Shown piece by piece: positions 11,701-21,612 of a stretch of DNA of 64,000 nt. A model generated the notes under the pieces. The model saw only the letters and a list, made by a program, of their open reading frames with translations. It had not been told where the DNA came from and searched no databases. The stretch is from Fidelibacterota bacterium (lineage in GTDB: Bacteria; Fidelibacterota; Marinisomatia; Marinisomatales; TCS55): assembly GCA_027251445.1 (NCBI GenBank), contig JAPNQO010000084.1:1-64000 (forward strand), given 5' to 3'. Both the position numbers and the translations under genes were made by a program. How positions within the stretch are numbered: the stretch's first letter is position 1; every line of letters starts with the position of its first letter.

Positions 11701-12301
11701 TTGCCTCAATTTCTAAAATTAAATCATTTACTCTATTCAAATCAGAACGAGTAGATTCAAATTTTCTCAGAGTAGATTTCTTTTGTATTTTATATTTATT
11801 TATGCCAGAAGCCTCTTCGAACATCCTTCTTCTATCATCTCCAGTTTCAGATAAAATCTGTTCAATCATTTTTAATTCAATAACAGAATAAGCATCTGAG
11901 CCCATGCCTGTATCAACAAATAAGTCATGAATATCTTTAAGCCTACAGGGGGTTCGATTCATGAAATATTCACTCTCTCCACTCCTAAATAATCTCCTGC
12001 CTATTTCAATATCATTATACTCTATTGGAAGTTTACCTTTATTATTATGTACTGTTAACGATACTTCACATACACTTAAAGGTTTTATATTTTTAGCACC
12101 ATTAAAAATAATATCTTCCTTTTTACCACTTCTAAGAATACTATGTTTTTGCTCACCAAGCACCCAACGAATAGCATCTACGATATTTGTTTTACCGCAC
12201 CCATTTGGACCTACAATTGCTGTAATTCCTTCACCAAAATGCACAACATCCTTTTTTGCAAAGGACTTGAAACCATGCATTGTTAATTCTGATATATACA
12301 T
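8780..12301 (-). CDS. smc: Chromosome segregation protein SMC
   Basis: GFKSF, Walker A GPNGCGKTN, two long coiled coils around a hinge, LSAGEK signature and LDEVDAPLD. Confidence 0.95.
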   Translation of the reverse strand: MYISELTMHGFKSFAKKDVVHFGEGITAIVGPNGCGKTNIVDAIRWVLGEQKHSILRSGKKEDIIFNGAKNIKPLSVCEVSLTVHNNKGKLPIEYNDIEIGRRLFRSGESEYFMNRTPCRLKDIHDLFVDTGMGSDAYSVIELKMIEQILSETGDDRRRMFEEASGINKYKIQKKSTLRKFESTRSDLNRVNDLILEIEAKVKSLSLQLKRFERHSKLLDDLKTKEISLAFLQTHNYRSDLHPLKKRIEELNHLRDSNQSEESDIEKKLVSLQKGYKSQQDELDNYRNQLTDYNEKRESLQSDVIIWKEQSRSAHISLDRLNIEQEKNTRKSKELDSHLSDYQKSIKQLKPKIDSCLNLFKKKQIEFNSIDNKLISMQSNLDIIKEKRWEYQKKLSDKKSMYDNAEAIINEKKQNTLELNKKVSVTRKELDGILEDIKKYQSKKKGLLEKIDKNKIILDQNDEELLKLEKEKYDIETNKNRMLSAIDALESKHSFYQELVNGAEGYPKGVRDVLNNKKIYKGSLGTVGDLINIDKSIVASIEIALGEYAKCIITKNQKNAIDILELVRSRKSGRIMVIPLDSIPQVKVVGKSVKSNKNVISRAIDLVKVSSNFKPLVDFLLGNIIIVKDVTLAMADSSLKGIDMIGQDGVILIKGMIIDRPSNKKSLGLVGRKEQLHKIKEKIELKKSLHNNLKKELDKIINTKERKEKIINNSKKDSNDLNKSFSEIDNTLDNLNMQRSGLSESVAGSDAIISLNQKDVKSQTILRRSLKATIKKEERRLSKYLKEIQNNNEELLKVKSSRDEIRQQLQDARINHLNLEGQRENISFQESTAVETIKEFVSRESEIKNEIKDIKESEKNLRKLVSVAEKKLSDINAMVSKKESILNLKQEAANESYVIIEEMQAQIRSEQKNRESLIEELKNCELKVADLDQRINFVSERIFESYNASIPEDMIVDQTENELNLATERIEKSIENIGPINMAVQVEHEEESERLMMLKDQKDDLIKAEQNLLDTIQEIDKIAREKFQTTFEDIGKNFEKLFTMFFEGGRGSLRLEGDPDPLEANIGIHAQPPGKRNQSLRQLSAGEKALTAIALLFSIYQVKPSPYCILDEVDAPLDDVNIRKFTRVLNNFSNETQFIVVTHNKLTMESANFLYGVTMEKKGVSQLVSVKLD

Positions 12302-12368
12302 TCCGAGGTATTGTGGACTATAATTTTAATGAAAATGCCTCGAGAAAACTATTATTTTAAATAAAATT

Positions 12369-12713
12369 TTACCCAGGGGGCCATCCTAATTTTCTTCCTC
12401 CTAGCAAATGAAGATGAATATGATATACAGTTTGACCTCCATCTTCATTACAATTAAACACTGTACGATATCCAGTGCTATTTATATTTTCGGTCTTGGC
12501 TAATTTCTGAGCTACTAAAAACATTTCTCCAATTAATTCAGAATCATTGGGGTTAAAATCATTTATTGTTGATATGTGTTTTTTAGGAATTATAAGAATA
12601 TGAGTTGGTGCTTGAGGATTAATATCTTCAAATGCAATAATTGAATCATTTTCTATCAATTTTTCAGATTGTATTTTATTATTTACAATATCACAAAATA
12701 AACAACTAGCCAT
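12369..12713 (-). CDS. Histidine triad nucleotide-binding protein (HinT-like)
   Basis: CLFC, DINPQAPTH and GQTVYHIHLHLLGGR. Confidence 0.93.
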   Translation of the reverse strand: MASCLFCDIVNNKIQSEKLIENDSIIAFEDINPQAPTHILIIPKKHISTINDFNPNDSELIGEMFLVAQKLAKTENINSTGYRTVFNCNEDGGQTVYHIHLHLLGGRKLGWPPG

Positions 12714-12718
12714 AATTC

Positions 12719-13447
12719 TTAGTCTCCATTTATAAGTTGATTAATAATAGATAAAGCAGATACAGCTGCAGTTTCTGTTCTTAAGCGTCTTTTTCCTAAT
12801 GATATAAACGTAGCTTTATAGCTTTCTAATAATGATATCTCTTTATCGCTAAAATGACCCTCAGGGCCAATAATTAAACTAATCTTATTATAGTTAGTGG
12901 ATAATAATTTTTGTACATCAGAAATTTTATTATTTGAATTCTGCGCACATACAATTATTAGTGAATTATCTTGTGAAGATATCCAATCATTTAGATGCTG
13001 AGGTTTATATATAATAGGAATTCTAGAACGAGCACATTGCTTAACTGATGACTTTATGATAGCTTGATAGCGTTCAAGATTAATAGAATGATACTTATTT
13101 GATCTATCCATTTGGATAGGAAAAATATTTGATACTCCACACTCTGTGGATTTTTCGATCGCCCATCGCATCCTTGAAGGTTTAATAATTCCTATCGCAA
13201 GATTAATCTCGCATTTAGGCTCTCCAAACCCAGGAAATACATTTGTGATTTTTCCAGAAACTTTTTCTTTGGATATATGATCTATTATAGCGCTATATGC
13301 TGTACCAAATCCGTCAATTAAGTAGATTTTATCATCAATCTTTAATCTTAAAACATTTATAATGTGATGAGATTCTTCATCATCCAAAAAGAAATGCTTT
13401 TTATCAATATTATTAAGTTTTACAAAAAAAGAACGAAAATTAGACAA
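12719..13447 (-). CDS. rsmE: 16S rRNA m3U1498 methyltransferase
   Basis: H-x-x-x-VLRL, EKSTE-x-G, IGPEG-x-F and LG-x-RRLRTETA. Confidence 0.92.
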   Translation of the reverse strand: MSNFRSFFVKLNNIDKKHFFLDDEESHHIINVLRLKIDDKIYLIDGFGTAYSAIIDHISKEKVSGKITNVFPGFGEPKCEINLAIGIIKPSRMRWAIEKSTECGVSNIFPIQMDRSNKYHSINLERYQAIIKSSVKQCARSRIPIIYKPQHLNDWISSQDNSLIIVCAQNSNNKISDVQKLLSTNYNKISLIIGPEGHFSDKEISLLESYKATFISLGKRRLRTETAAVSALSIINQLINGD

Positions 13448-13450
13448 AAA

Positions 13451-14038
13451 CTATTTCTTCCAATTATAACCAAAACGAACTAAAGCACCGCTGTATTTGT
13501 TTCTACCATCAATTTCTTGTGGCATTGGTAACATATCATAGCCAACTCTAACTGTTAAAATAGTATTATTTGAAGTTAATACATCTCCTCCTAAACCAAA
13601 AAAGCCACCCCACGAATGATGATATTGCAAGTTATCATACCATGTTTGCTTAAAGGAGCCACTTTCTGCGCCATCTAGTATTAAAATTGGTCCAATCTTA
13701 ATACTAAAAAATGGTGAGAAATTATTTGCTATCTTACCAACAAATGGATAGTATTTTATACCTGAAAATAAAGGGAGTAAAAGCAGGTTGATATTATTAA
13801 ACTTATATGATCTTCCTGTGTAATAATCTTGCATTATTATTTCATCGGGGTGTTTTGCATCATACAACCTTATTTCACCAACAAAAGATAATTTTTTATC
13901 CTTGAACCAAGTCCGATTGTACGATAATCCCGCTCCACTTTCACCAACGTCTAAACCAAATCCGCTATAGTTTAATGATGAATATTCTTGTGCAAATACA
14001 CTACTTACTAAAAAAAATATCAATATTATTTTTTTCAA
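13451..14038 (-). CDS. Putative small outer-membrane beta-barrel protein
   Basis: Signal peptide (VFA-Q), alternating aromatic/Gly beta strands and C-terminal RFGYNW. Confidence 0.6.
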   Translation of the reverse strand: MKKIILIFFLVSSVFAQEYSSLNYSGFGLDVGESGAGLSYNRTWFKDKKLSFVGEIRLYDAKHPDEIIMQDYYTGRSYKFNNINLLLLPLFSGIKYYPFVGKIANNFSPFFSIKIGPILILDGAESGSFKQTWYDNLQYHHSWGGFFGLGGDVLTSNNTILTVRVGYDMLPMPQEIDGRNKYSGALVRFGYNWKK

Positions 14039-14391
14039 CTTTCCATCTCCTTTAATAATTGCAATTCATTCCATGTGTTTTTGTCAGCTGCAAGGCTTTT
14101 TACTGGTTTATTATTTAGAATATTTGAATTAAAAATTTCATCTACATCATTTAATTTAACCTTGGTATACCAGACTGCATCAGGATAAATCACAACAACT
14201 GGGCCAAGCTCACATACATCCAAACAACCACTTTTATTTGCACGTATAATGCCTTTCAACCCATATTCATTAATTAATTGTACAAACCTCATTCTAATAT
14301 CAGCACCCCCACACTTTGAACAGCTTCCTCGTTTACTATTATCAGGTCTTTCATTTACGCAAATAAATATATGTTTGTCATATTTACTCAA
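14035..14391 (-). CDS. Thioredoxin-like [2Fe-2S] ferredoxin
   Basis: HIFIC-x-N-x-R...C, GCLDVC-x-x-GP and YP-x-x-VWY. Confidence 0.88.
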   Translation of the reverse strand: MSKYDKHIFICVNERPDNSKRGSCSKCGGADIRMRFVQLINEYGLKGIIRANKSGCLDVCELGPVVVIYPDAVWYTKVKLNDVDEIFNSNILNNKPVKSLAADKNTWNELQLLKEMES

Positions 14392-15410
14392 GGGACAAGT
14401 ACTACTTTTCCAAATTGATTGCTATCTTCAACATACTTATGTGCATCCCTTATATTTTCCATCGAAAAGACCTTATCTATTTCTGGTATGATTTTCCCAC
14501 TCGCAACAAGATTCTTTATATCATTTAATGCAGAAAGCGTACCCATTGTTGAACCTAAAATAGACTGTTGTTTAAAAAAAATATATCTCAAATCAATTGA
14601 TACCTTTGGTCCGGTGGTTGATCCGCAAGTTACTAACCTTCCATATTTGCTTAATATCTTCATCGACGTACTCCATGTCTCAAGCCCAGTATGTTCAAAT
14701 ATAACATCAACGCCTCTTCCATTAGTAAAGTTTTTGACTTCAGAAATTATATCATCTTTATAATGATTTAAAATTAAGTCTGCACCTAATTTTGAGGCAT
14801 GTTCACACTTATCTTTTGAGCCACCCGTTGCTATAACTTTACATCCATATAATTTAGCAATCTGTAAACCAAACGACCCAACGCCTGAACTTGCAGCCCA
14901 AATTAATACCGTATCAGTTTTTTTTAACTTAGCCCTATTTACAAGCATTTGAAATGATGTTTGCCCAGCAAGTGGAAAAGAAGCTGCAGATTCAAAACTA
15001 ATAGATTTGGGTTTCCTGATTAAATTTCTTGGGTTCAAAGCTATGAACTCGCAGTTAGTTCCATTTGTTGTCTCACCAAGTATACCCATTGAATTACATT
15101 GATTTTCTTTATTTTCTAAACAAGATGAGCAATTACCACAAAATAAGAGAGGGTTTATAATTACTTCATCTCCAATACTAAATTTATCTACCTTTCTTCC
15201 TAGCTCAGTGACAACACCTGAACCATCACTTCCAATTACCATAGGTAAAGATATACCAGGAATACCTTTTCGAATCCAGATATCAAGATGATTAATGGCA
15301 GCTGCTTTTATTTTAACTAATATTTGATCTTCTTTTATTTCTGGTAATGGAATATCTTCCCATATTAAAACTTTTTCATCACCATGTTCATATAATCTTA
15401 CTGCCTTCAT
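14388..15410 (-). CDS. Zinc-binding MDR-family oxidoreductase (alcohol dehydrogenase/quinone reductase-like)
   Basis: NHLDIW, structural Zn site CGNCSSC-x7-C, Rossmann motif AASSGVG and GKVVL. Confidence 0.88.
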   Translation of the reverse strand: MKAVRLYEHGDEKVLIWEDIPLPEIKEDQILVKIKAAAINHLDIWIRKGIPGISLPMVIGSDGSGVVTELGRKVDKFSIGDEVIINPLLFCGNCSSCLENKENQCNSMGILGETTNGTNCEFIALNPRNLIRKPKSISFESAASFPLAGQTSFQMLVNRAKLKKTDTVLIWAASSGVGSFGLQIAKLYGCKVIATGGSKDKCEHASKLGADLILNHYKDDIISEVKNFTNGRGVDVIFEHTGLETWSTSMKILSKYGRLVTCGSTTGPKVSIDLRYIFFKQQSILGSTMGTLSALNDIKNLVASGKIIPEIDKVFSMENIRDAHKYVEDSNQFGKVVLVP

Positions 15411-15421
15411 TAAATGTATAA

Positions 15422-15865
15422 TTAATTCTTTTGTGAAAAAAACTTATAATCCAAACTAAACTTTCCTGGGCCAGAAATTAGCAATACAAGCATAACAATG
15501 AGGTACATTATAGCTAATTCAGGAAATTCTCCATCAACTAAATGATTCATTGAAGCAACAAACATAGTAAATAACAATAAAAATGCTGCCGGACGAGTAA
15601 AAATTCCAAATATTACCATAACCATTCCAATAGATTCTGAAAATGCAGCCATAAAACCAAAAAAAACGCTCATAAAATCAATACCGATAAAATCTGTCAA
15701 AGCTGTGCCCAAACGATTCCATTTTTCTTGACCAGCTAAAATTTTATTCCATCCATGATTAATAATCATCATAACACTGGCAATTACTCTTAAAATTAAC
15801 AGTGAATAAGAAACATATAGATCTTTTGGGTATAAATTATTTACTATGAGTTTAATTCTACTCAT
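15422..15865 (-). CDS. DoxX family membrane protein
   Basis: LLILR...HGWNK, G-x-FTRPAA and GPGKFSLD. Confidence 0.88.
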   Translation of the reverse strand: MSRIKLIVNNLYPKDLYVSYSLLILRVIASVMMIINHGWNKILAGQEKWNRLGTALTDFIGIDFMSVFFGFMAAFSESIGMVMVIFGIFTRPAAFLLLFTMFVASMNHLVDGEFPELAIMYLIVMLVLLISGPGKFSLDYKFFSQKN

Positions 15866-16035
15866 GATTTTTGATCAATATCCTCATAATCAGCATCTTG
15901 AATATCTAAATTTTTATATGAGTTTTTTACATTTTGAATATTCTGATTTCTTGATTTATTAAACCTTATTCGCGCTATAAATCTAAAACACTGTATTGCT
16001 AGATATATAAAGATTGCACTTAATATAATTTGCAT
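15862..16035 (-). CDS. Small single-TM protein, 57 aa (not in the ORF track)
   Basis: MQIILSAIFIYLAIQCFRFIARIRFNKSRNQNIQNVKNSYKNLDIQDADYEDIDQKS*; fills the gap exactly and has an ATGA overlap with DoxX. Confidence 0.75.
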   Translation of the reverse strand: MQIILSAIFIYLAIQCFRFIARIRFNKSRNQNIQNVKNSYKNLDIQDADYEDIDQKS

Positions 16036-16040
16036 TTTAT

Positions 16041-16682
16041 TTATACACTGGAACTTGGATTAAAAAACTTAGTGCCTGATACTGGTTGCTTTATATACTG
16101 TATAACTTGATCAAGATCATCAGGATTATGTACAAAATCTATGTTATTTGTATTAATGATTACCAAGGGAGTATCATTATATCGAAAAAAATACTCTGTA
16201 TATATCTCATTAAGTTCATTGATATATTCATAAGAAATATTACTTTCAAAATTCCTACCTCTCTTATCGATATTTTTCATTAAAGAAGCAGTATCTGCTT
16301 GAAGATAGATTATCAGATCAGGGTTTATAACATTTCTTTCCATCATATTCGCTATACTATCATATAAATTCATTTCTTTATCATCAAGATTTAAGGAGGC
16401 AAATAAACGATCTTTGATAAACATGTAATCTGAAATCAAAAGATTATGAAACATATCTACCTGCCTAATATCTTGTTGTTGCTGATATCTTTGAAGAAGA
16501 AAAAATAATTGAGTCTGAAAAGCAAATCGTGTTGGGTCATCATAGAATTCTGATAGAAAAGGATTATCCTCAAATTTTTCTAAGATTAATTTAGCGCTTA
16601 ATCTCTTTGATAATAACTTTGCTAAACTAGTTTTTCCAACTCCAATTGGACCTTCAATAGCAATATAATTCAAGTTTCTCAT
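16041..16682 (-). CDS. Deoxynucleoside kinase (dAK/dGK family)
   Basis: IAIEGPIGVGKTSL, NPFL-x-x-FY and QLFFLLQR. Confidence 0.92.
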   Translation of the reverse strand: MRNLNYIAIEGPIGVGKTSLAKLLSKRLSAKLILEKFEDNPFLSEFYDDPTRFAFQTQLFFLLQRYQQQQDIRQVDMFHNLLISDYMFIKDRLFASLNLDDKEMNLYDSIANMMERNVINPDLIIYLQADTASLMKNIDKRGRNFESNISYEYINELNEIYTEYFFRYNDTPLVIINTNNIDFVHNPDDLDQVIQYIKQPVSGTKFFNPSSSV

Positions 16683-17185
16683 GCGTTTTTTTCCATAATA
16701 TGCTTAACCACTTTACTTTTATCAGGACATGAGCTTAATAACTCAGATATTGTTGAACCAATTTTTTCTATGTGATAATCAGGTATTAATTCACAAAACG
16801 GTAATAAAACAAATTTCCTAAACATAAGCTCTGGATGTGGAATAATTAATTCATCTGTTTCAATATAAGAATTTCCATAACAAAGTATATCAATATCAAT
16901 TATTCTTGGTTGATTTTTATCCCTTTCCTTTGGCCTACCCAGAGTAAACTCGATGTGTTTAATTTTATCAAGAAAATCAAATGGATTTAGAGAAGAGTCA
17001 CAAGATATAATTGTGTTTAAAAAATTTGGCTGATTAGTATTGTATAATGGTTCAGATTCATAAAATGATGCGCTTTTAATATTTTTTACCCCATTGAATG
17101 TTCCTAACAAAGTAATTGCTGCTGCTAGATTTTCTTCACGGTCACCTAAATTTGAACCCAGACTTAAGATTACTAGTTCATACAT
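16679..17185 (-). CDS. folK: 2-amino-4-hydroxy-6-hydroxymethyldihydropteridine diphosphokinase
   Basis: LSLGSNLG, PRIIDIDIL, IPHP and R-x-FVL-x-P. Confidence 0.95.
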   Translation of the reverse strand: MYELVILSLGSNLGDREENLAAAITLLGTFNGVKNIKSASFYESEPLYNTNQPNFLNTIISCDSSLNPFDFLDKIKHIEFTLGRPKERDKNQPRIIDIDILCYGNSYIETDELIIPHPELMFRKFVLLPFCELIPDYHIEKIGSTISELLSSCPDKSKVVKHIMEKNA

Positions 17186-17546
17186 AGTCTGATTTTTCCC
17201 TTTTCAACTCAATCTCAACACTGTCTAATTTACCATTAAGCGGAGCATTAATTTTTCTTACACGAATGATCAATTTATCAATTTTATGTTCCTTAAATAT
17301 TGACATAGATATTGAATCAGCTAACTTCTCTAGAAGAAAGTAGCTTTTTGATCCAAAAGCTTTCTTAACTAATTCATATATATCTTCATAATTAATCGTG
17401 TCTTCAATGTTATCAGATTTAGAAGACTTTAAAAGAGGGGTGAATAATTCAAGATCAATCTCAAAATCAGTTCCTTTTTCTTTTTCAAAATCATAGACAC
17501 CATGATATCCATAAAAGGTCATGTTTTTTAATCGAATTATCCCCAT
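17178..17546 (-). CDS. folB: Dihydroneopterin aldolase
   Basis: YGYHGV-x-x-x-E, TINY and LLE-x-LA. Confidence 0.93.
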   Translation of the reverse strand: MGIIRLKNMTFYGYHGVYDFEKEKGTDFEIDLELFTPLLKSSKSDNIEDTINYEDIYELVKKAFGSKSYFLLEKLADSISMSIFKEHKIDKLIIRVRKINAPLNGKLDSVEIELKREKSDYV

Positions 17547-17592
17547 GAGCTTATGAATTTAATATAATGGTTTACGACTAATCAATTGCTGA

Positions 17593-17627
17593 AATAAAAA
17601 AGCCTCCCAAAAGGAGGCTTTTTTATT
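17593..17627. terminator. Intrinsic terminator downstream of groEL
   Basis: Perfect inverted repeat AATAAAAAAGCCTCC-CAAAA-GGAGGCTTTTTTATT with T tracts on both strands. Confidence 0.9.
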
Positions 17628-17651
17628 AAAAAGGTTTAAATAAAACCTAGT

Positions 17652-19588
<1,937 letters not shown>

Positions 19589-19691
19589 TTTATTATTTCT
19601 CCTAATTAATTGGTTATATTTCTATTTATTATAATCTGCATTATTGGCAGCGCGGAATTTATGTTCTTATAATATTTATATACAAATATTT

Positions 19692-19718
19692 TTAGCACTC
19701 TATCAAAAAGAGTGCTAA
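19692..19718. promoter_or_regulatory. CIRCE element (HrcA operator) upstream of groES
   Basis: Exact TTAGCACTC-N9-GAGTGCTAA about 100 bp upstream of the groES start. Confidence 0.95.
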
Positions 19719-19728
19719 TACGTATAAA

Positions 19729-20166
19729 TCATTTTCCTGTACTACCAAATCCCCCGTCACCTCTATCCGTATCACTTAATTCGGAAACTATTTCAAAACT
19801 TATTGGTCCTCCATCCATTGATACTAATTGGAATAGTCTTTGGCCTCGTTTAATAGTAAATGGAGTATTCTTTATATTATCTACTGCAGAAATAATTTCT
19901 CCTCTATATCCAGCATCAATTAAACCAACAGAGTTACATTGCCTGAGTGGAGTTTTTGATATACTCGATCTTGGCATTAGTAAATATGGTAACCCGTCAG
20001 TGTTTTCACATGCAATATGAGATTTGATCATAGCAGTTTCTCCAGGTTCAATAGTTAATTCATCAATAATAAATAAATCAAGTCCAGCATCCCCTTGATG
20101 AAAATGCCCATGATTCTCATACAGATCTCGGGCATTATTAGATAAGATTTTTATTTTAAGATGCAT
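19729..20166 (-). CDS. dut: Trimeric dUTP diphosphatase
   Basis: DAGLDL, PRSS, GLIDAGYRGE, QLV and RG-x-GGFGSTG; likely start MHLKIK at 20166. Confidence 0.93.
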   Translation of the reverse strand: MHLKIKILSNNARDLYENHGHFHQGDAGLDLFIIDELTIEPGETAMIKSHIACENTDGLPYLLMPRSSISKTPLRQCNSVGLIDAGYRGEIISAVDNIKNTPFTIKRGQRLFQLVSMDGGPISFEIVSELSDTDRGDGGFGSTGK

Positions 20167-20170
20167 AGAA

Positions 20171-20536
20171 TCAATTTCGATATACAATCCAAGCTAGGTA
20201 TATCCAACCTAAAATAAATGACAATCCCCCTATTGGTGTTAGCATACCTATCCATTTAATATTGCTAACCGCTAAAACATATAGAGATCCAGAAAAAAGA
20301 ATAATTCCTAATATAAAACATAAAGCTGGAAACCATAAAAACTGATGAGGAAAATTATATCCCAATAATCCAATTAATATCAATGCAATTGAATGGTAAG
20401 CTTGGTATTGAATACCTTTTTCATATATTCTTAAATAATCAATAGATATTTTTTCTTTTAAGATATGAGCGCCAAAAGCACCAGATAAAACTGTTAAAGC
20501 CAATAATAAAGAACCACCAATTATAAATATTTTCAT
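20171..20536 (-). CDS. DUF423 (YgdD/TMEM256) membrane protein
   Basis: GAFGAH, YQ-x-YH, FSGSLY and TPIGG. Confidence 0.9.
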   Translation of the reverse strand: MKIFIIGGSLLLALTVLSGAFGAHILKEKISIDYLRIYEKGIQYQAYHSIALILIGLLGYNFPHQFLWFPALCFILGIILFSGSLYVLAVSNIKWIGMLTPIGGLSFILGWIYLAWIVYRN

Positions 20537-21591
20537 TTTGGTGAATTTTGATGAATTAAAGTACGTATGGGAAATGGTATATCAATACCTTCTTTATTAT
20601 ATCGCTCATGTAACCTTCTTATAAATACATCAATAATATTATGCTGATCACCATATTTCTCAGCTTTAAAATATACTTTTAGGTTAATGCTTGAATCTCC
20701 AAATTCAAAAAAACGTACTAAAGGTTTATCCTTTTTACTACATCCATCCACGCTTTTAGCTACATTATCAGCTACTTCATTCGTAATTCTAGCTACTTTT
20801 TCAAGATCACTATCATATGAAACGCCAACAGAAACTCTTACAGAAAATGAAGATTCTCTAGTATCGTAATTTTTGATTATGGCGCTAGACAGCCTTGAAT
20901 TCGGGATATTTATTACATTATTTGTACGTTCTAACATAGTTGTGTTACGCCAGGTAATATTTGTAATGTACCCTCTTTCTCCAGAATCAAGTTGTGCAAA
21001 ATCACCTGGTTGTACCTTTCCACTTAATAGAATATGTAATCCACTAAAAATATCGCTTAGGGTATCTTTCAACGCTAGTGAAATGGCTAATCCGCCAACA
21101 CCTAAGGCAGTTAGAATAGGAGTTATGGCAATATTTAAAGAATCAAGAATAATCATAACTCCTATACCCCAAACAATTATATAAACAAAGTTTGTAAACA
21201 TAGTTGTTGAAGGGAATCCCTGACCTTGTTTTTCAGCCCAAAGATTAAAAAGACCAACCAACATTTTACTTATAGATAAAGTAATAGAAAGAATTAGAAT
21301 AATAAGTATAATTGTTGATAAAGACTGTTTGTAGGAATCTAATGAATCTGATAAAGTAACACTTTCTACTGCAATCGAGAAAGAGGCAAGAAAGAACCAT
21401 AGAACAATGTGCGGCTCTAATGATTTAAGAATTATATCATCACCTCTCCACTTTGTTTTATCAGCTAACGCAGATAAACGTTTATGTAGAAATCTCTTTA
21501 TAACCCACCCCGTAAGAATACCAATAAATATGACAAGAATAGGATTACCCCAAATGAATAATTGTTGAATGACTTTATCTAACATAATCAA
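20533..21591 (-). CDS. Small-conductance mechanosensitive channel (MscS family)
   Basis: LGVGGLAISLAL-x-DTL, IPNS, VGVSYDSDL and IPFP. Confidence 0.92.
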   Translation of the reverse strand: MIMLDKVIQQLFIWGNPILVIFIGILTGWVIKRFLHKRLSALADKTKWRGDDIILKSLEPHIVLWFFLASFSIAVESVTLSDSLDSYKQSLSTIILIILILSITLSISKMLVGLFNLWAEKQGQGFPSTTMFTNFVYIIVWGIGVMIILDSLNIAITPILTALGVGGLAISLALKDTLSDIFSGLHILLSGKVQPGDFAQLDSGERGYITNITWRNTTMLERTNNVINIPNSRLSSAIIKNYDTRESSFSVRVSVGVSYDSDLEKVARITNEVADNVAKSVDGCSKKDKPLVRFFEFGDSSINLKVYFKAEKYGDQHNIIDVFIRRLHERYNKEGIDIPFPIRTLIHQNSPK

Positions 21592-21612
21592 ATAAAATTA
21601 CGATTATTAATT

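Noticed and set aside
9214..12323. Plus-strand ORFs inside smc
   Set aside because: Antisense shadows with no motifs
19671..19690. Near-palindrome AATATTT-N6-AAATATT beside CIRCE
   Set aside because: Purely A/T in an AT-rich genome, so likely chance
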